A stretch of 62,502 nucleotides of DNA, the filler included, from Chiloscyllium plagiosum (Eukaryota): assembly GCF_004010195.1 (NCBI RefSeq). It is 5 parts of one record of this genome, joined end to end, with 100 filler letters (N's around TTAATTAATTAA, not from the genome) between each part and the next. Parts side by side here need not be neighbours in the genome. Positions count along the whole stretch, not along the records: positions 19,794 to 28,491 come from NC_057711.1; positions 28,592 to 48,339 come from NC_057711.1; 3 more parts are not named here. The stretch is one strand, 5' to 3'. Below the pieces are notes generated by a model, which worked only from the letters and a program-made list of their open reading frames with translations, had not been told where the DNA came from and searched no databases. The first letter of the stretch is position 1. Every line of letters begins with the position of its first letter. Below are positions 25,796 to 39,071 of this stretch, one piece after another. Made by a program: the position numbers and the translations under genes.

Positions 25796-28314
25796 GGCTA
25801 GTTGGGCCAAAGTGGCCTGTTTCCACACTATAGGGACTCTGTGAATTCTACAAAAACATGAAAAAATAAGTGAGATTATACAAGACAATTTTTATTTTAT
25901 CAATTTTGGTTTGGATCTGTGAACTGGGAATTGTAAGCTGAAGATGACCTTTGGACTTTGGGAAGCAATTTGTAATAGAAGAAAATGAAGCAGCCAACTG
26001 AGCTTTAGTTTGTTTGTGAGGTTAGCTGCAGGCTGATTCTTGGTTAAAAAGGCATTGACCCTGAGAATGGGAATTTTGTTTAAACAGCAGAAGTTGGCTA
26101 TTAATGATGTCAGAACCTGGGAATTGGTTTCAGCAAGTCTGGGAGAGACCCTATATTCAAGCAGATTACAGATGTTGAATGCTAATTGAGGTCCCTGGAA
26201 AAATGGTCAGTCTGTCAGTGAGAGATTAGGGTTGGAATTGGTTTAAACGCTTTTGGTTGCTGATGACGCAACGTAAAAATTTTTGAAAGCTCCCTGCCTA
26301 ACCTTCCTTAACAGTTTTTGGAAGACCAGAATAAAAAGCTGAGTTGGAAGTATTGCTACATTTTTACCTGAGTGAACTGAAAAGGTGACCCTGATCAGTA
26401 TCTTCAGAAAAGTAATCAAGGAGTCTTGTGGAGCAATGCACTGTGAAAAGCATTTTAAGTAATCTGACTGTCTTGTGTGAATAGGGACTGTAAACAAACG
26501 CTTTAGGTTTAAAGTATAGACATTAATGAGATTAATGTTTAATTTTTCCTTTGCTAAAGTTAGCATATATTTAATACATTTTAAGTTTCATGTTTTATGA
26601 TACAAAACTGGTGTTGAGAAATAATCATTTGCAATGTCTGGTTATTCAAAAGTCTGGTTTAGAAACACTGGAGTGTTGTTAAAGCTGTTTGAAGATTGTG
26701 ATTTTACTGTGTCACGAATGCAGAGGAAGAAATGCTAGTTGTTGGGCAAAGAGAAAGAGCACTCTACCATAATTTACATTTCTATGTTACCTGTAAAGTA
26801 GTGAAACATTTGAAGTCATTTCACTGGAGCTTTATTTAAGAAAATTGATTTTTTAGTGAGGAGCTATTAAAACCGATATTGGTCTAAAATCTTGGTCATC
26901 AGGAAGTCTTAGGTGGAGGAAAAGGTGGAAATACAAGAGGAGGGAATTGCTGAACTGAACTCCTGGACAGCTGAAAGTGTGGCTGTCAGGAGGGGAGAAG
27001 GAAAATGGGGGATATTAAGCAGTGAAAGTTGGATGAATGTTAGTTTGAACAAAGTTATTGAGATAGGAGTGAGACCATGGAGCAATTTAAGCATGACCAT
27101 TCCAAATTTGAGGTGCCGTGGGAGGTTTTATATTCTGCAATGTGAACATAGTTTGTGCATTCCTAAATACCCTTGAAAAGGATGGTGAGTTGCTTCCTTG
27201 AATCAGATCATTGAATATAGGCATGGCAAGTGAACAGGACTTCATGAGAGTCAAGATGCAGGCAGTAGGGTTTTGAATGAACAGATTATGGGTGTAAGAA
27301 GAGCCTTCAGGGATGAGAAATTAGGGCAGTTGCGTGAGTAGTCCGTAATGTTCCATCAATGAATTAGCTAATCTAACAATCAAAAGCATAGCAATTGCTT
27401 TGTGAAATGGAATACATGTCACTTTCAAATTTTAACCATGTTCAAACTTTGAACAAAGCATGCTTATTTTTGAGTGTATTAATGACTGAATGCTGTATGC
27501 CAAGTTGCTCAGCACCCTGCGAAGTAAAACCAATCTCAAGCTATCGTTACTACTCAGGAAATCAACAGGTATCATGCTGTTTTTTGTCACAGATCAGTGA
27601 CAAATACTCTTTTGTGGTGTTGTCATTATTATGTTCACTGAACTAAACTTAGTTTTGACTTGAAATAAATGTTAAGAATAACTAAGGAAATGCTGAAAAT
27701 GCATACTGACATGCTGCAAGAAGCTTGATTTATGACAAATATTAATTTTACACTTCATAATAGTTTCTTTGACTATCAGTGCAGCGTGAAAATTAGAATG
27801 TTTAAGGGTTTGCAGTTGCATGACTCAATAACAGTCTGGTTGTTCTTTCAGATGACATCTTAAACCGAAGTGGATATAAAATATTCTTTGACACCACTTC
27901 TCTGGTGCTTAATCGGTTTTTGAAATACCAGTTTAGGTGTGGGCATTATCACATTCTAAAGTCGCACAGTCATTCAACACAGAAACAGACCCTATGGCCA
28001 ACCATGCTGATGATGATCCCAAACTAAACGAGTCTCACCTACATGCACTTGGCCCATATCTTCCTCCCCCTAACATTTCTTATTCATTCTGTGCTGTACA
28101 CGTCTATGACTCTATGACTCATCCAAATGTGTTTCAAATATTTGTAACTGTATCTGGATCCACCGTTTCCTCAGGAAGTTAATTCCACATACGAACACTC
28201 TGCTTTATGAAAAATACTCTGGAAACTTCCTGTGTTCAAATTGGCTGCTGTGATACTTGCATTATAGCAGTGCTTGCATTTCAACTAGGATTTGATTGAA
28301 GTGATTCAAGATAT

Positions 28315-28491
28315 TAGAGTTATAGAGATGTACAGCATGGAAATAGACCCTTTGGTCCAACCTGTCCTTGCCGATCAGATATCCCAACCCAATCTAGTCC
28401 CACCTGCCAGCACCCAGCCTATATCCCTCCAAACCCTTCCTATTCATATACCCATCCAAATGCCTCTTAAATGTTGCAATTGTACCAGCCT
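28315..28491 (-). mobile_element. CR1 3' end; an older one lies at ~27960-28200
   Basis: Reverse complement of the 3' UTR seen at 34530-34714. Confidence 0.85.
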
Positions 28492-28591
28492 NNNNNNNNN
28501 NNNNNNNNNNNNNNNNNNNNNNNNNNNNNNNNNNNTTAATTAATTAANNNNNNNNNNNNNNNNNNNNNNNNNNNNNNNNNNNNNNNNNNNN
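28492..28591. other. Artificial contig-joining linker
   Basis: Identical N44-TTAATTAATTAA-N44. Confidence 0.95.
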
Positions 28592-28973
28592 TCCACACCC
28601 TGCCCACACCCTGTCCACACCTTTTCCACCCCCTGTCCACACCCTGTCGACTCTGCCCACACCCTGTCCATACCCTGTCCACACCCTATCCACACCCTAT
28701 CCACACCCTGCCCACACCCTGTCCACACCCTGTCCACACCCTGTCCAACCCTGTCCACACCCTGCCCACAGCTTGTCAACACCTTGTCCACACCCTGCCC
28801 ACACCCTGTCCCCACACTGCCCACACCCTGTCCACACCCTGCCCACACCCTGCCCACATCATGCCCACACACTGCCCATACCCTGCCCACATCATGCCCA
28901 CATCATGCCCACATCCTGCCCACATCATGCCCACATCCTGCCCACATCATGCCCACACCCTGCCCACGCCCTG
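28592..28973. repeat. 11-bp tandem repeat, CCACACCCTG(T/C) grading into CCACATC(A/C)TGC, ~35 copies
   Basis: Direct reading of the array. Confidence 0.95.
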
Positions 28974-30301
28974 CCTTGTAGCTCTCCCTTTCTTGATTCA
29001 CACAACAATGGAAATACAAATCAAATTTAAAGCAGAACCCGAGAGTTTCCAAAGCCCCCAAGGACATTACGTCATGAGCTTTGGTCACAACAACTCACTG
29101 CATTTTCATCGTTTTGCTGCAAACCCCAGGTTCTTTCACCTGCACTTGGGATGAAATTTGAATTTAGGGTTTACGTTCTCTGGAGTCTGGCTGACTCTGG
29201 AGGTGTTTAAAAATGGCAGGAATAAGAAAAGAAACCCTACAATCTAATTTCCACCGTCCTACCCGTATTGACAGTGGTATCCTTTTTCTCAGGCGCGTCC
29301 TCCTGACCCCAAAACCCCAACTGGACCAGCTCCAGAAGGGACTAAGTATCTCATACGTGCTCCCCTCCCTACTCCCTACTCCCTAACCTGCCCCCCCCCC
29401 CCCACCCCATCACAGAGTGTAGCCACGTGCAGAAACATTCAGATAGATACATTCAAAAGGTCTTATCCATGCCCCATTATTGCCCACTCAGCCCCTGTAC
29501 ACAACACACAGAACCAATAGACCATATGGTAACCAATGGCTAGTCCTGAAACACTGAGGGAATAAAACTAACCCATTCAGGGATCTGTTTTGAACAATAT
29601 GAGCTGTTCCTGCAGCTTTATATAAATGTCAGTCAGACAGAGCCATCCATAGAACAGATAACTGAAATTTGCCCTCTCTCCTCACCTTTTAACATTGTCC
29701 AAGTAGACATACAGGCATTGACAAACAGAACAAAGGACTTATTACAACCTCATAATAAGGTCAATCAATTACAACAGGCATTCAAATTACCCACGTGAAA
29801 GCAGGAACTCTGCTGAGGTAATCTATTTGTGCAGCTTAAAACTTGGCCAAGCATTCATCGTGAGGCCACCTGGTAATTGTATCAAACGGCCAGAAATGTA
29901 TTTCTCCCAATGGATATGGAATGTGAAGAGTAGTGCTGCTTGGAATGGGAGTGGGAATCCTGCAATCCGCGTGACAGTTTTGAAATACTCCAGAATTAAT
30001 CGGACTCAATGGAATTTCCAGCAGTTAACGCCATCTCTTTCCAAAATTGCTGCCTGACCTGCTGAATGTTTCCTGCTTTTCCATGTTTGAATCCGGAATT
30101 AATGATGTGAAACCAAATTACAAGGGTCTCAGCTAAATAAAAGACACACTGTTGGGGGGAGTGGGAGATAATCTCTGATTGAGTATTGAGATTCCATTAA
30201 TTAATAGAAATGTTTACAGGATGCAGAGCTCACTCACTGTGTTCAGATGATCACTGATAGGTACAGATTTAAAATAATTCAGGTGAATAAGAAATGTTCT
30301 T

Positions 30302-31971
30302 TTTTTTTATAGATATTTTTATTAGAAATTTAACATTTTTACAAGTTTACAAAAATAAACAAAACTCTCAGATATAAACATTGATATACAATTAGCTCAA
30401 ATATACAATAGCCAAAATTTGACAAAAAAAAAACCAACAAAACAACAAAAAAAAAACCGAAAAAAATAAAAAAAAAACAAACAGACAAAACTCAACTATC
30501 TACTAATCTAACCTACAACTAACCAGAGTGTATATTTAAGTCTCTTACATGCTCGGGATATGTTAGCATCAGATATAATAAAACCCGTATTCGTGCAGGA
30601 TTCCTCCCCCGGGGGGCCCCGGACCAGCCAGGTTTGTAATCTCAATTAAATAAAAGCCCTTGTTAGGATAGCCGAAATATCTGTATTTATGTAATTCAAA
30701 AAGGGCTGCCATATTTTATAAAATAATTCGGTCTTTCGGTGCACCATATTTGTAAGGAAGTCAAGGGGAATACATTCCATAATTAATCTGTGCCAATTTG
30801 AAAGTCCAGGGGGGCCCTCAGCCGCCCAGTTCACCAAAATATTTTTCCTTGCACAGAAAGAAAGAATAGAAAATAGTCTCTTCCCGTACGTGTCCAGGGA
30901 GGGAAAGTTCGAAAAGCCCAAGAGGAGAGATACGGGGTCCACTTTTACTTCCGTTCCTAAAATTTCTGTCAGGGTACTTGCTACCTTAGTCCAATATCTA
31001 CGGATCTTATGACAGGTCCATAAGCAATGTACAAGAGTGCCCACCTCTATTTTGCATTTAGGACACATTGGAGATGCTCCTGCCTTAAATTTTGCCAATC
31101 GAACCGGTGCTATATGGGCCCTATGAAGTATCTTCAGCTGGATAGCCTGGGTTCTGTTACAAATAGTAATTCTTCTAGCATTTTCCCAGATATCATTCCA
31201 CGTTTCTGTGGAGATTTCTAGTCCCAGATCCTGATCCCATGTTTTAAACAGATTATCCATATCTCCCGATACTTCATCATGTAGTAAATGATAAATAGTA
31301 CTGACGGAAGATACCCCCACTGGTCGTAGGACACTACATTCTCTATCGGATTTATAAAGACTATCTAATAACGTAGTCTTCTTCTGTATATAATCTCGAA
31401 TTTGGAAGTATCAAAAGAGGTCTCCATTGGGTAATCCGAATTTCTGACGCAACTGTCCGAAAGACATCAGGACCCCACCTTTAAATAAATCCCCGAGACA
31501 TGAGATACCCCTGGATCTCCAGAGTTTAAAAGTGGCATCTGTTAACCCCGGTTGGAATCCCCATGCTCCCACTATCGGTGCATAGGGGGATGTTTTATGT
31601 GAATTACCCTCATTTTGCCGCATTATATTCCAAGCCTTGATTGTATTCAGTATTATAGGGTTTTTACAGTGATCTGTAATGATTTTCCTCTTGTCTGAGA
31701 ATAAAAGGTTAATAAGTGGGTATTTTACTTGAGAAGCCTCGATGTCCAACCAGATTGAATGTGGATCAGACAAGACCCAATCAGCTATGTAACTTAATAG
31801 GGAAATTAACTGATATTTCCTAAAGTCTGGAAAGTCCAATCCACCCCTTGCCTGTGGAAGCTGTAGCTTCTTCAGCGTAATGAGGGGCCGCCTATGCCAA
31901 ATACTGGAGTAATAAAGATGCCTAAATATAAGAAACCCTCCAGGGACCAGCGAAAGGGAAAAAGGGAACCG
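30302..31971 (-). mobile_element. 5'-truncated L1-clade LINE (ORF2 C-terminus, 3' UTR, poly-A)
   Basis: LQLPQARGGLDFPDF, QLKILHRAH, CPKC...LVHCLWTC zinc knuckle; AATAAA and poly-A on minus strand; TSD AAGAAATGTTCTT at 30289-30301 and 31972-31984. Confidence 0.92.
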
Positions 31972-32537
31972 AAGAAATGTTCTTAATGTGATTTAGAACA
32001 TGTCTAAAAGGTTGGACAAAGCAGATTCAGTAGTGGGGAAATGATACCACAAGGCCATGGTACTGGATTTGTAACCAGAGATCCAGGGCTAAATCTCTGG
32101 GGTCATGGGTTCAAATGCAGCCAAGGCTGCTGGTAGAATATAAAATCAATTAATAAATCTGGAATTGGAAGCTAGTCTGAGTAATCATGACTGTAAAGCT
32201 ATCATAATTCTTGTAAAAGCCCACCCCTCAGCGAATGAAATCTGTTGTTTTTCCCCGGTCTGTTCGAGATGTGACCAGGATGGTTTGTAACTAAAAGCAA
32301 AATGCTGCGGATGCTGGAAATCAGAAATAAAAACATTTCTGGAGAATCTCAGCAGGTCCAGCATCATCTGTGGAGGGAGAAACAGAGTTAACGTTTCAAG
32401 TCCATTATGACGTTTTCTCAGAGTCTTTATTGTCTTTTGCAAAGGCCGAGCAAGATATTCAGATCAAAGGCAGATGGGGATAGGAAACACATGCTGGCCT
32501 TGCCAGTGATGCCCACATCATGTGAAGGATGTCAGGC

Positions 32538-32740
32538 TATGACCATCTCCAATAAGAAAACAACCTAACCATTGCCGCCTTGGCATTCAATGGCATTACC
32601 GTCACTGAATATCCAACTATTAATATCCTGGGGTTTACCTTTGACCAGAAACTGAACTGGACTCGACATGTTAATATGGTCATAACAAGAAGTTGGGAAT
32701 CCTGTAGCAAGTAACTCACCTCCTGACTACCCAATGCCTC
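32538..32740 (+). mobile_element. Non-LTR RT C-terminal fragment (RTE-X/CR1-group-like), abutting the LTR
   Basis: FNGITVTEYPTINILGFTFDQKLNWTRHVN. Confidence 0.6.
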
Positions 32741-33377
32741 TGTGATGATGCTGCTCCTTTAACAAGGTTATGCTGTCCTTGGCTTTTTTTCAGAGAGGTC
32801 ATAAAAGCAGCGATTCCGACAAGTCTGGGTTTAACTATTTGAGAATGCTTTCAAGTTTGTTGGAAAAAAACCCTTGTACAATGAAGGGGGAGTGACCAGT
32901 TCTCCCAGCTCAGCTTTCCTCTGGTTTGGTTTAGTTTAGTTTTAGCAGTCTGGCTGCTCAATGAAAGTAGTCAGGCAGTTGTGAAGCTGCTGGACCTAGA
33001 GAAGCAGGTCGATGCTGATCTTCCCCCTCTCTGACATCTCTCCTGTAAGACCTTGTGTTTGATTTTACCTTTTTTGAAAACAGGTGTTTCTGGGGATTGT
33101 TGCAGGAATTTGGAACAGCGTCATTAAATTGGGATAGTCTGTTGGGTTTTCAGATAGGATAAATTATTCTGGGTTTTTTTCTCTTTTGTTTGTGTTTCAT
33201 TCGGTAATCTTGTATATAAATTCTGTTTTGTAAATAAATTTTGTTTAAAACTAAGTGGTTTGACCAGCTGCGTCCTGCCTGGAATATCCTCTTACACCTA
33301 CTCAAAACAACGAGCAAAGCTCGCGTCTGGGCTAATTTCTTGAATTGTTTTGAGGGGGTCTGGCCTGGTCCATAACA
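32741..33377 (+). mobile_element. 5' LTR of a Gypsy (Gmr1-type) element
   Basis: Starts TGT, ends ACA, contains AATAAA, followed by a primer-binding site and gag. Confidence 0.8.
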
Positions 33378-33380
33378 GAT

Positions 33381-33399
33381 TGGGGGCTCTTTGTGGGAT
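33381..33399 (+). promoter_or_regulatory. Primer-binding site, tRNA-Pro-like (diverged)
   Basis: TGGGGGCTCTTTGTGGGAT versus tRNA-Pro PBS TGGGGGCTCGTCCGGGAT, 3 bp after the LTR. Confidence 0.7.
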
Positions 33400-33496
33400 T
33401 TATTCTATAGTTCCAATTGGGATTAGGATTGCTGGACTCAATGTGGTAGGTGTTAGTGTCTTTTGCTCTGGGTGTTGAATTCGGTTGGTTTAAACA

Positions 33497-33787
33497 GTGC
33501 TTGAGATAGCGGTGGCTCTTTCAGTCATCCAGAGTTGTCTGGGGATGGAAGAAGTGACTGTGGGGGTTTTACAAAAGGTGATTAAAGCCAAGTTGCTGGA
33601 ATTAACAGTCAAGCTGGAGCTGGAGCTGCCTCCTTCCATAAGGAAAGGAGAGATAATTACAGCAATCGCTCCGCATTTAAATTTGCTGGAAACACCATCA
33701 AAATCTTCACAGATGGCTAAAATTCAACTGGAAATGAAGCAACTTGAGTTAGAGGCAAAAGAAAAGGAAACGGCAAAAGAATACAGT
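33497..33787 (+). mobile_element. Gypsy/Gmr1 gag N-terminal fragment
   Basis: KAKLLEL..KLEL.LP...RKGEII.AIA.HL and coiled-coil AKIQLEMKQLELEAKEKE directly after the PBS. Confidence 0.7.
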
Positions 33788-34714
33788 CAGTAAGTTTGCA
33801 GATGACACCAAAATTGGAGGTGTAGTGGACAGTGAAGAGGGTTACCCCAGATTACAACAGGATCTGGACCAGATGGGCCAATGGGCTGAGAAGTGGCAGA
33901 TGGAGTTTAAATCAGATAAAAGCGAGGTGCTGCATTTTGGGAAAGCAAATCTTAGCAGGACTTATACACTTAATGGTAAGGTCCTAGGGAGTGTTGCTGA
34001 ACAAAGAGACCTTGGAGTGCAGGTTCATAGTTCCTTGAAAGTGGAGTCACAGGTAGATAGGATAGTGAAGAAGGCATTTGGTATGCTTTCCTTTATTGGT
34101 CAGAGTATTGAGTACAGGAGTTGGGAGGTCATGTTGTGGCTGTACAGGACATTGGTTAGGCCACTGTTGGAATATTGCGTGCAATTCTGGTCTCCTTCCT
34201 ATCGGAAAGATGTTGTGAAACTTGAAAGGGTTCAGAAAGGATTTGCAAGGATGTTGCCAGGGTTGGAGGATCTGAGCTACAGCGAGAGGCTGAACAGGGT
34301 GGGGCTGTTTTCCCTGGAGTGTCGGAGGTTGAGGGGTGACCTTATAGAGGTTTACAAAATTATGAGGGGCATGGATAGGGGCAAAGTCTTTTCCCTGGAG
34401 TCGGGGAGTCCAGAACTAGAGGGCATAGGTTTAGGGTGAGAGGGGAAAGATATAAAAGAGACCTAAGGGGCAACATTTTCACGCACGTTTTCACGTGTAT
34501 GGAATGGGCTGCCAGAGGATGTGGTGGAGGCTGGTACAATTGCAACATTTAGGAGGCATATGGATGGGTATATGAATAGGAAGGGTTTGGAGGGATATGG
34601 GCCGGGTGCTGGCAGGTGGGACTAGATTGAGTTGGGATATCTGGTCGGCATGGATGGTCTGGACTGAAGGGTCTGTTTCCATGCTGTACATCTCTATGAC
34701 TCTATGACTCTATG
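33788..34714 (+). mobile_element. Young CR1/HER1 3' fragment inserted in the Gypsy gag
   Basis: SKFADDTKIGG through LEYCVQFWSP, 3' UTR, (tctatgac)n. Confidence 0.93.
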
Positions 34715-35800
34715 ACACAATGTTACAGCGCAGTACAGGCCCTTCACCTCTTGATATTGCGCCAACCTGTGAAATTACTCTGATGCCCATCTAACCTACA
34801 CCATTCCATTATTATCCATATGTATGTCCAATGACCAATTAAATGCCTTAACATTGGCAAGTCTACTACTGTTGCAGGCAGGTCGTTCCACACTCCTACT
34901 ACACTCTGAGTAATGAAACTACTCCTGATAACTGTCATAAATCTATCACCCCTCAATTTAAAGCTATGTTCCCTCATGTTAGCCTTCACCAATTGAGGAA
35001 GAAGGCTCTCACTGTCCATACTATCTAACCCTCTGATTATCTTAAATGTCTCGATTAAATCACCTCTCAACCTTCTTCTCTCTAACGAAAACAGCCTCAA
35101 GTCCCTCAGCCTTTCCTCATGAGACATTCCTTCCATACCAGGCAACATCCTAGTAAATCTCCTCTGAACCTTTTCCAAAGCTTCCACATCCTTCCTATAA
35201 TGTGGTGACCTGAACTGTACACAATACTCCAGGTGCGGTCTTGTACAGCTGAAGCATAATCCCGTGGCTCCAAACCTCAATCCCCCTACCAATAAATGCC
35301 AGCACACCAACAACCATATCAATCTAGGATGCAACTTTCAGGGATTTATGCACCTGGACACCAAGATCTACACTGCCAAGACTTTTACCGTTAGCCCAGA
35401 ACTCTGCATTCCTGTTACTTCTTCCAAAGTGAATCACCTCATACTTTTCCTCATTAAACTCCATTTGCCACTTCTCAGCCCAGCTCTGCATTTTATCTAT
35501 GTCCATCTGTAACCCACAACATTCTTCGGCACTATCCACAACTCTACCTACCTTAGTGTCATCTGCAAATTTACTAACCCATCCTTCTACGCCCACTTCC
35601 AGATCATTTATAAAAATGACAAACAGCAGTGGCCCCAAAACAGATCCTTGCGGCACACCACTGGTAACTGAGCTCCAGAATGAACATTTTCCATCAACCA
35701 CCACTCTCTGTCTTCTTTCAGCGAGCCAACTTCTGATCCAAACCGCTAAATCACCCTCAATCCCAAAAGACCTTATTTTGTGCAATAGCCTACCGTGTGG
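34715..35800 (-). mobile_element. CR1 3' fragment, tail-to-tail with the preceding copy
   Basis: VPHGRL...SGVPQGSVLGPLLF...FADDTKVG...; RPHLEYCVQF. Confidence 0.93.
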
Positions 35801-37935
35801 CACTGCAATAAAATAGGCCACATGAAATCACAGTGTTGGTGGGTTAGGAAAAGCACTGGGAAAGCCAGACGTAGGAAAACAGGATAAGCCAGTGAATTGT
35901 GTTGGAGTGATAACGGAGAGCCCAGTGGAGGTTAGAAAGCTGCACCAGAATATACAACCGGGTCAGAGGTTGGTTAAGGAGGAGGTGCCAGATTTTCTTA
36001 AACCATGTACCTGTAAAGGTAAAGTTTACTCGCATAGGCCAGGAACAGCAGGTAAAGAGGTTACAATATTAAGAGACACAGGATCCTCTCCATCTGTGAT
36101 GTTGAAAAATGAGGATGTATGTACTTCAAAAGGACTATTGCCAGAAAAGGTTATAATAACGGGAAATCACGGTGAGACAAGAAGTGCTCAATTATGTAAA
36201 GTGAGGTTAGAGTGTTAAGTGAAGAGTGGAGAATTCCTGGTAGGTATACTGGAAAAAACTCTCAATTCCAGGATTACAATTTTCCCTTGCTAATGATATA
36301 GCTAGTGCTGCCTACTGTGGTTGAAAAGCCAGTGGAAACTCAGGCAACTGAACTATTGCAGGACACAGATCCTGGGATTTTTCCCAACTGTGTGGTAACG
36401 AGGTCACAAAGTCACCAGTTGAAACAGGAAAGATCAAAGAGTACAGAAAAGACGGTTGAAGTGGAATTAACAGAGACCCTGTTTGATCAGATGGTGGAGA
36501 CAGACCAAGAGTAGATAGGTGACACAGCAGACTCCTTAGCTCAGATAAATTAACTGAGTTACAGCAGAAAGATGAAAATTTAAAGCAATTGTATCAAAAG
36601 GCATACACGGCAAAAGAATCTGAATGTATTCACAAGCTAAAATACAAAAACATTTTTACTGGCCTGGACTGCACGAGGATGTTGTGAATTTTGCCAGATG
36701 TGTCATACATGTCAAGTAATTGGAAAACCGTAGGCAGTAATAAAACCTGCACCTTTGATACCTGTTCTTGCATTTGAGGAACCTTTCACAAGAGTCTTAA
36801 TTGATTGTGTAGGACCCCTACCTAAAACAAGAAGTGGGAATCAGTATTTGTTAACAATAATGGATGTGTCCACAAGATTTCCAGAGGCTATTCCATTATG
36901 CAATAGCACAGCTAAAAGGATTGGAGAGGAATTACTCAAACCTTTCACTAGATACAGACTACCGATAGATGTACAATCAGATCAAGGGTCAAACTTTACA
37001 TTGAAATTATTCAAGGAAGTTATGGACAGCTTATGAATAAAACAATTCCAATCTACTGTGTACATCCAGAATCGCAGGGAGCACTGGAAAGGTGGCATCA
37101 GACATTAAAGACCATGTTGAGGGCTTATAGTCAAGACTATCCAGATGATCGGGATAAGGGAATTCTGTACTTTTTGCGATCAAAGATGCACCGAATGAAT
37201 CGACCAAATTCAGTTCATTTGAATTAGTTTTTGGGCATGAAGTGAGAGGACCATTAAAATTGACTAAGGAGAAACTGATAAGCCAAAATTGGACTATGTG
37301 TCAAATTTTGGGAACAATTAAATAGAGCAGGAGAGTTGGCTAGACAATATTTAAAAGTATCACACCATGCAATGAAGCTGGGAGCAGATAAAAAAATCAA
37401 AAATTCGCAATTTTGCTCTCAGGGTAAGGTGTTAGAATTACTTCCAGTGATAGGTGAACCTTTAAAAGCAAGGTTTAGTGGACCTTATCAAATTAAAAGG
37501 CACCTTGAGTGAGGTGAAGCATTTGATAAGGACTCCAGACAGAAAGAAATCTCACAGTGTGTGTCATGTGAACATGCTCAAAAGGTATTTTGACAGGGAA
37601 GGAAAACCAAAGGAGACTGTGCTATTGGTTACAAAACAGAGGGAAGAACCCAATTCAGAGGATTCTGAATTGGACATTGCTTGAATTAAATTGGACAATG
37701 AGGAAGTTGTCAAAAATTGGGATAAATTATTGAGTTACCTTCAAGGCGAAAATCGTAATGGCCTGAAAGAGTTATTACTGTCACATGGGGAGATACGTGG
37801 AAACAAACTGCGAAGTACTAACCTAATATAGGAGATGCTGTTCCAATTAAGCAACATCCTTATAGGCATAACCTTCTAAAGTTGGCACAGATTCAACAGG
37901 AGATTGAACCCGTTCACCAAGATGATTCTGCAATG
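35801..37935 (+). mobile_element. Gypsy Gmr1-type internal region, pseudogenised: gag zinc knuckle, protease, integrase, RT start
   Basis: HCNKIGHMKSQC; VTILRDTGSS; FYWPGL; PFTRVLIDCVGPLP...DVSTRFPEAIPL...QSDQGSNF; HPESQGALERWHQTLK; HVNMLK; then IKQHPYR. Confidence 0.9.
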
Positions 37936-38730
37936 GGAGACATGGGGTTTGTGGTTTGGGAGATGGGGAGATCCAGTAACAAGGTGAGTAATGAGTCAGA
38001 GAAGAGTGAGTATCTCCAAGGTGCCAGGACGTACTGCCCATGGCCAGCAGGACTGTCACTCAGTGGCCATTTGAGTCATGTAGCTGCCCAATTAAGGGGC
38101 ACTTCAATACTCCACTGAGCACTTTGCATTGTACCCCCACCCCTGTAGGGGGGGTGCTGGTGAAGTACATAAACATTAACGTCCTCCCAGTGCCTTCCCA
38201 CAGGCTAGGCCCCGCCACCCCCTCCAAGGTAGGGTATTCCAAGTCCCGTGTGAGTGGGGGAGGAGGCTGGGAGCTCTGACAGCAATGGCCCTCCTCTGGG
38301 CCACACCACCAGTCTCCCACAGCAACATTCCACCATCTCCACACACATCGCCCAGGCCTACCTGCCCTTACCTTCCTGGAGATACTTCACAGTCTTCAGG
38401 GTACCTAAGCTCCCTTAAACCAGAACTGCTGTACCGTCTCTGGACACCCTCAGTGGTGGCACTGCTGAGCTGTCAGGCCTCAGGTCAGCCTCCCAACCCC
38501 CACTCAAGGATCTTGGTGGTAGGTTGCAATATTTGATTGGACTGTAGTCCTGGTGGAGCTCCCTTGATGGGCTGGCATTAGTAAAATGCCGTTTCCCTCA
38601 GGTCATGCCCTCTACCGGACTGAGGTGACCACCATATTCGGTCTGACTGTGGGAACTTAACCCACAGCGAACATTCGGCACCAACAGCTGGGTTCTAACT
38701 CACTCAGTGAGACCACGCCTGTGTGTGGTT

Positions 38731-39068
38731 TTAGATTAGATTCGATCCCCTACAGTATGGAAACAGGCCACTCAGCCCAACAAATCCACACCAACCCTCT
38801 GAAGACTAACCCACCCAGATCCATTCCCCTACCTTACATTTCCCTCTGACTAATGCACCTAACACTATGGGGCAATTTAGCATGGCCAATTCACCTAACC
38901 TGCACAATCTTTGGACTAAGGGAGGAAACCGGAGCACCCGGAGGAAACCCATGCAGACACGGGGCGAATGTGCAAACTCCACACAGACAGTTGCCCGAGG
39001 TGGGAATCGAACCCAGATCGCTGGTGCTGTGAGGCAGCAGTGCTAACCATTGAGCCACCGTGCCACCC
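38731..39068 (-). mobile_element. HE1-type V-SINE
   Basis: Full-length reverse-complement HE1. Confidence 0.9.
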
Positions 39069-39071
39069 TTT

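Noticed and set aside
28540..29154. Pro/His/Cys-rich and Gly-rich repetitive ORFs
   Set aside because: Translations of the 11-bp tandem repeat, open in several frames on both strands.
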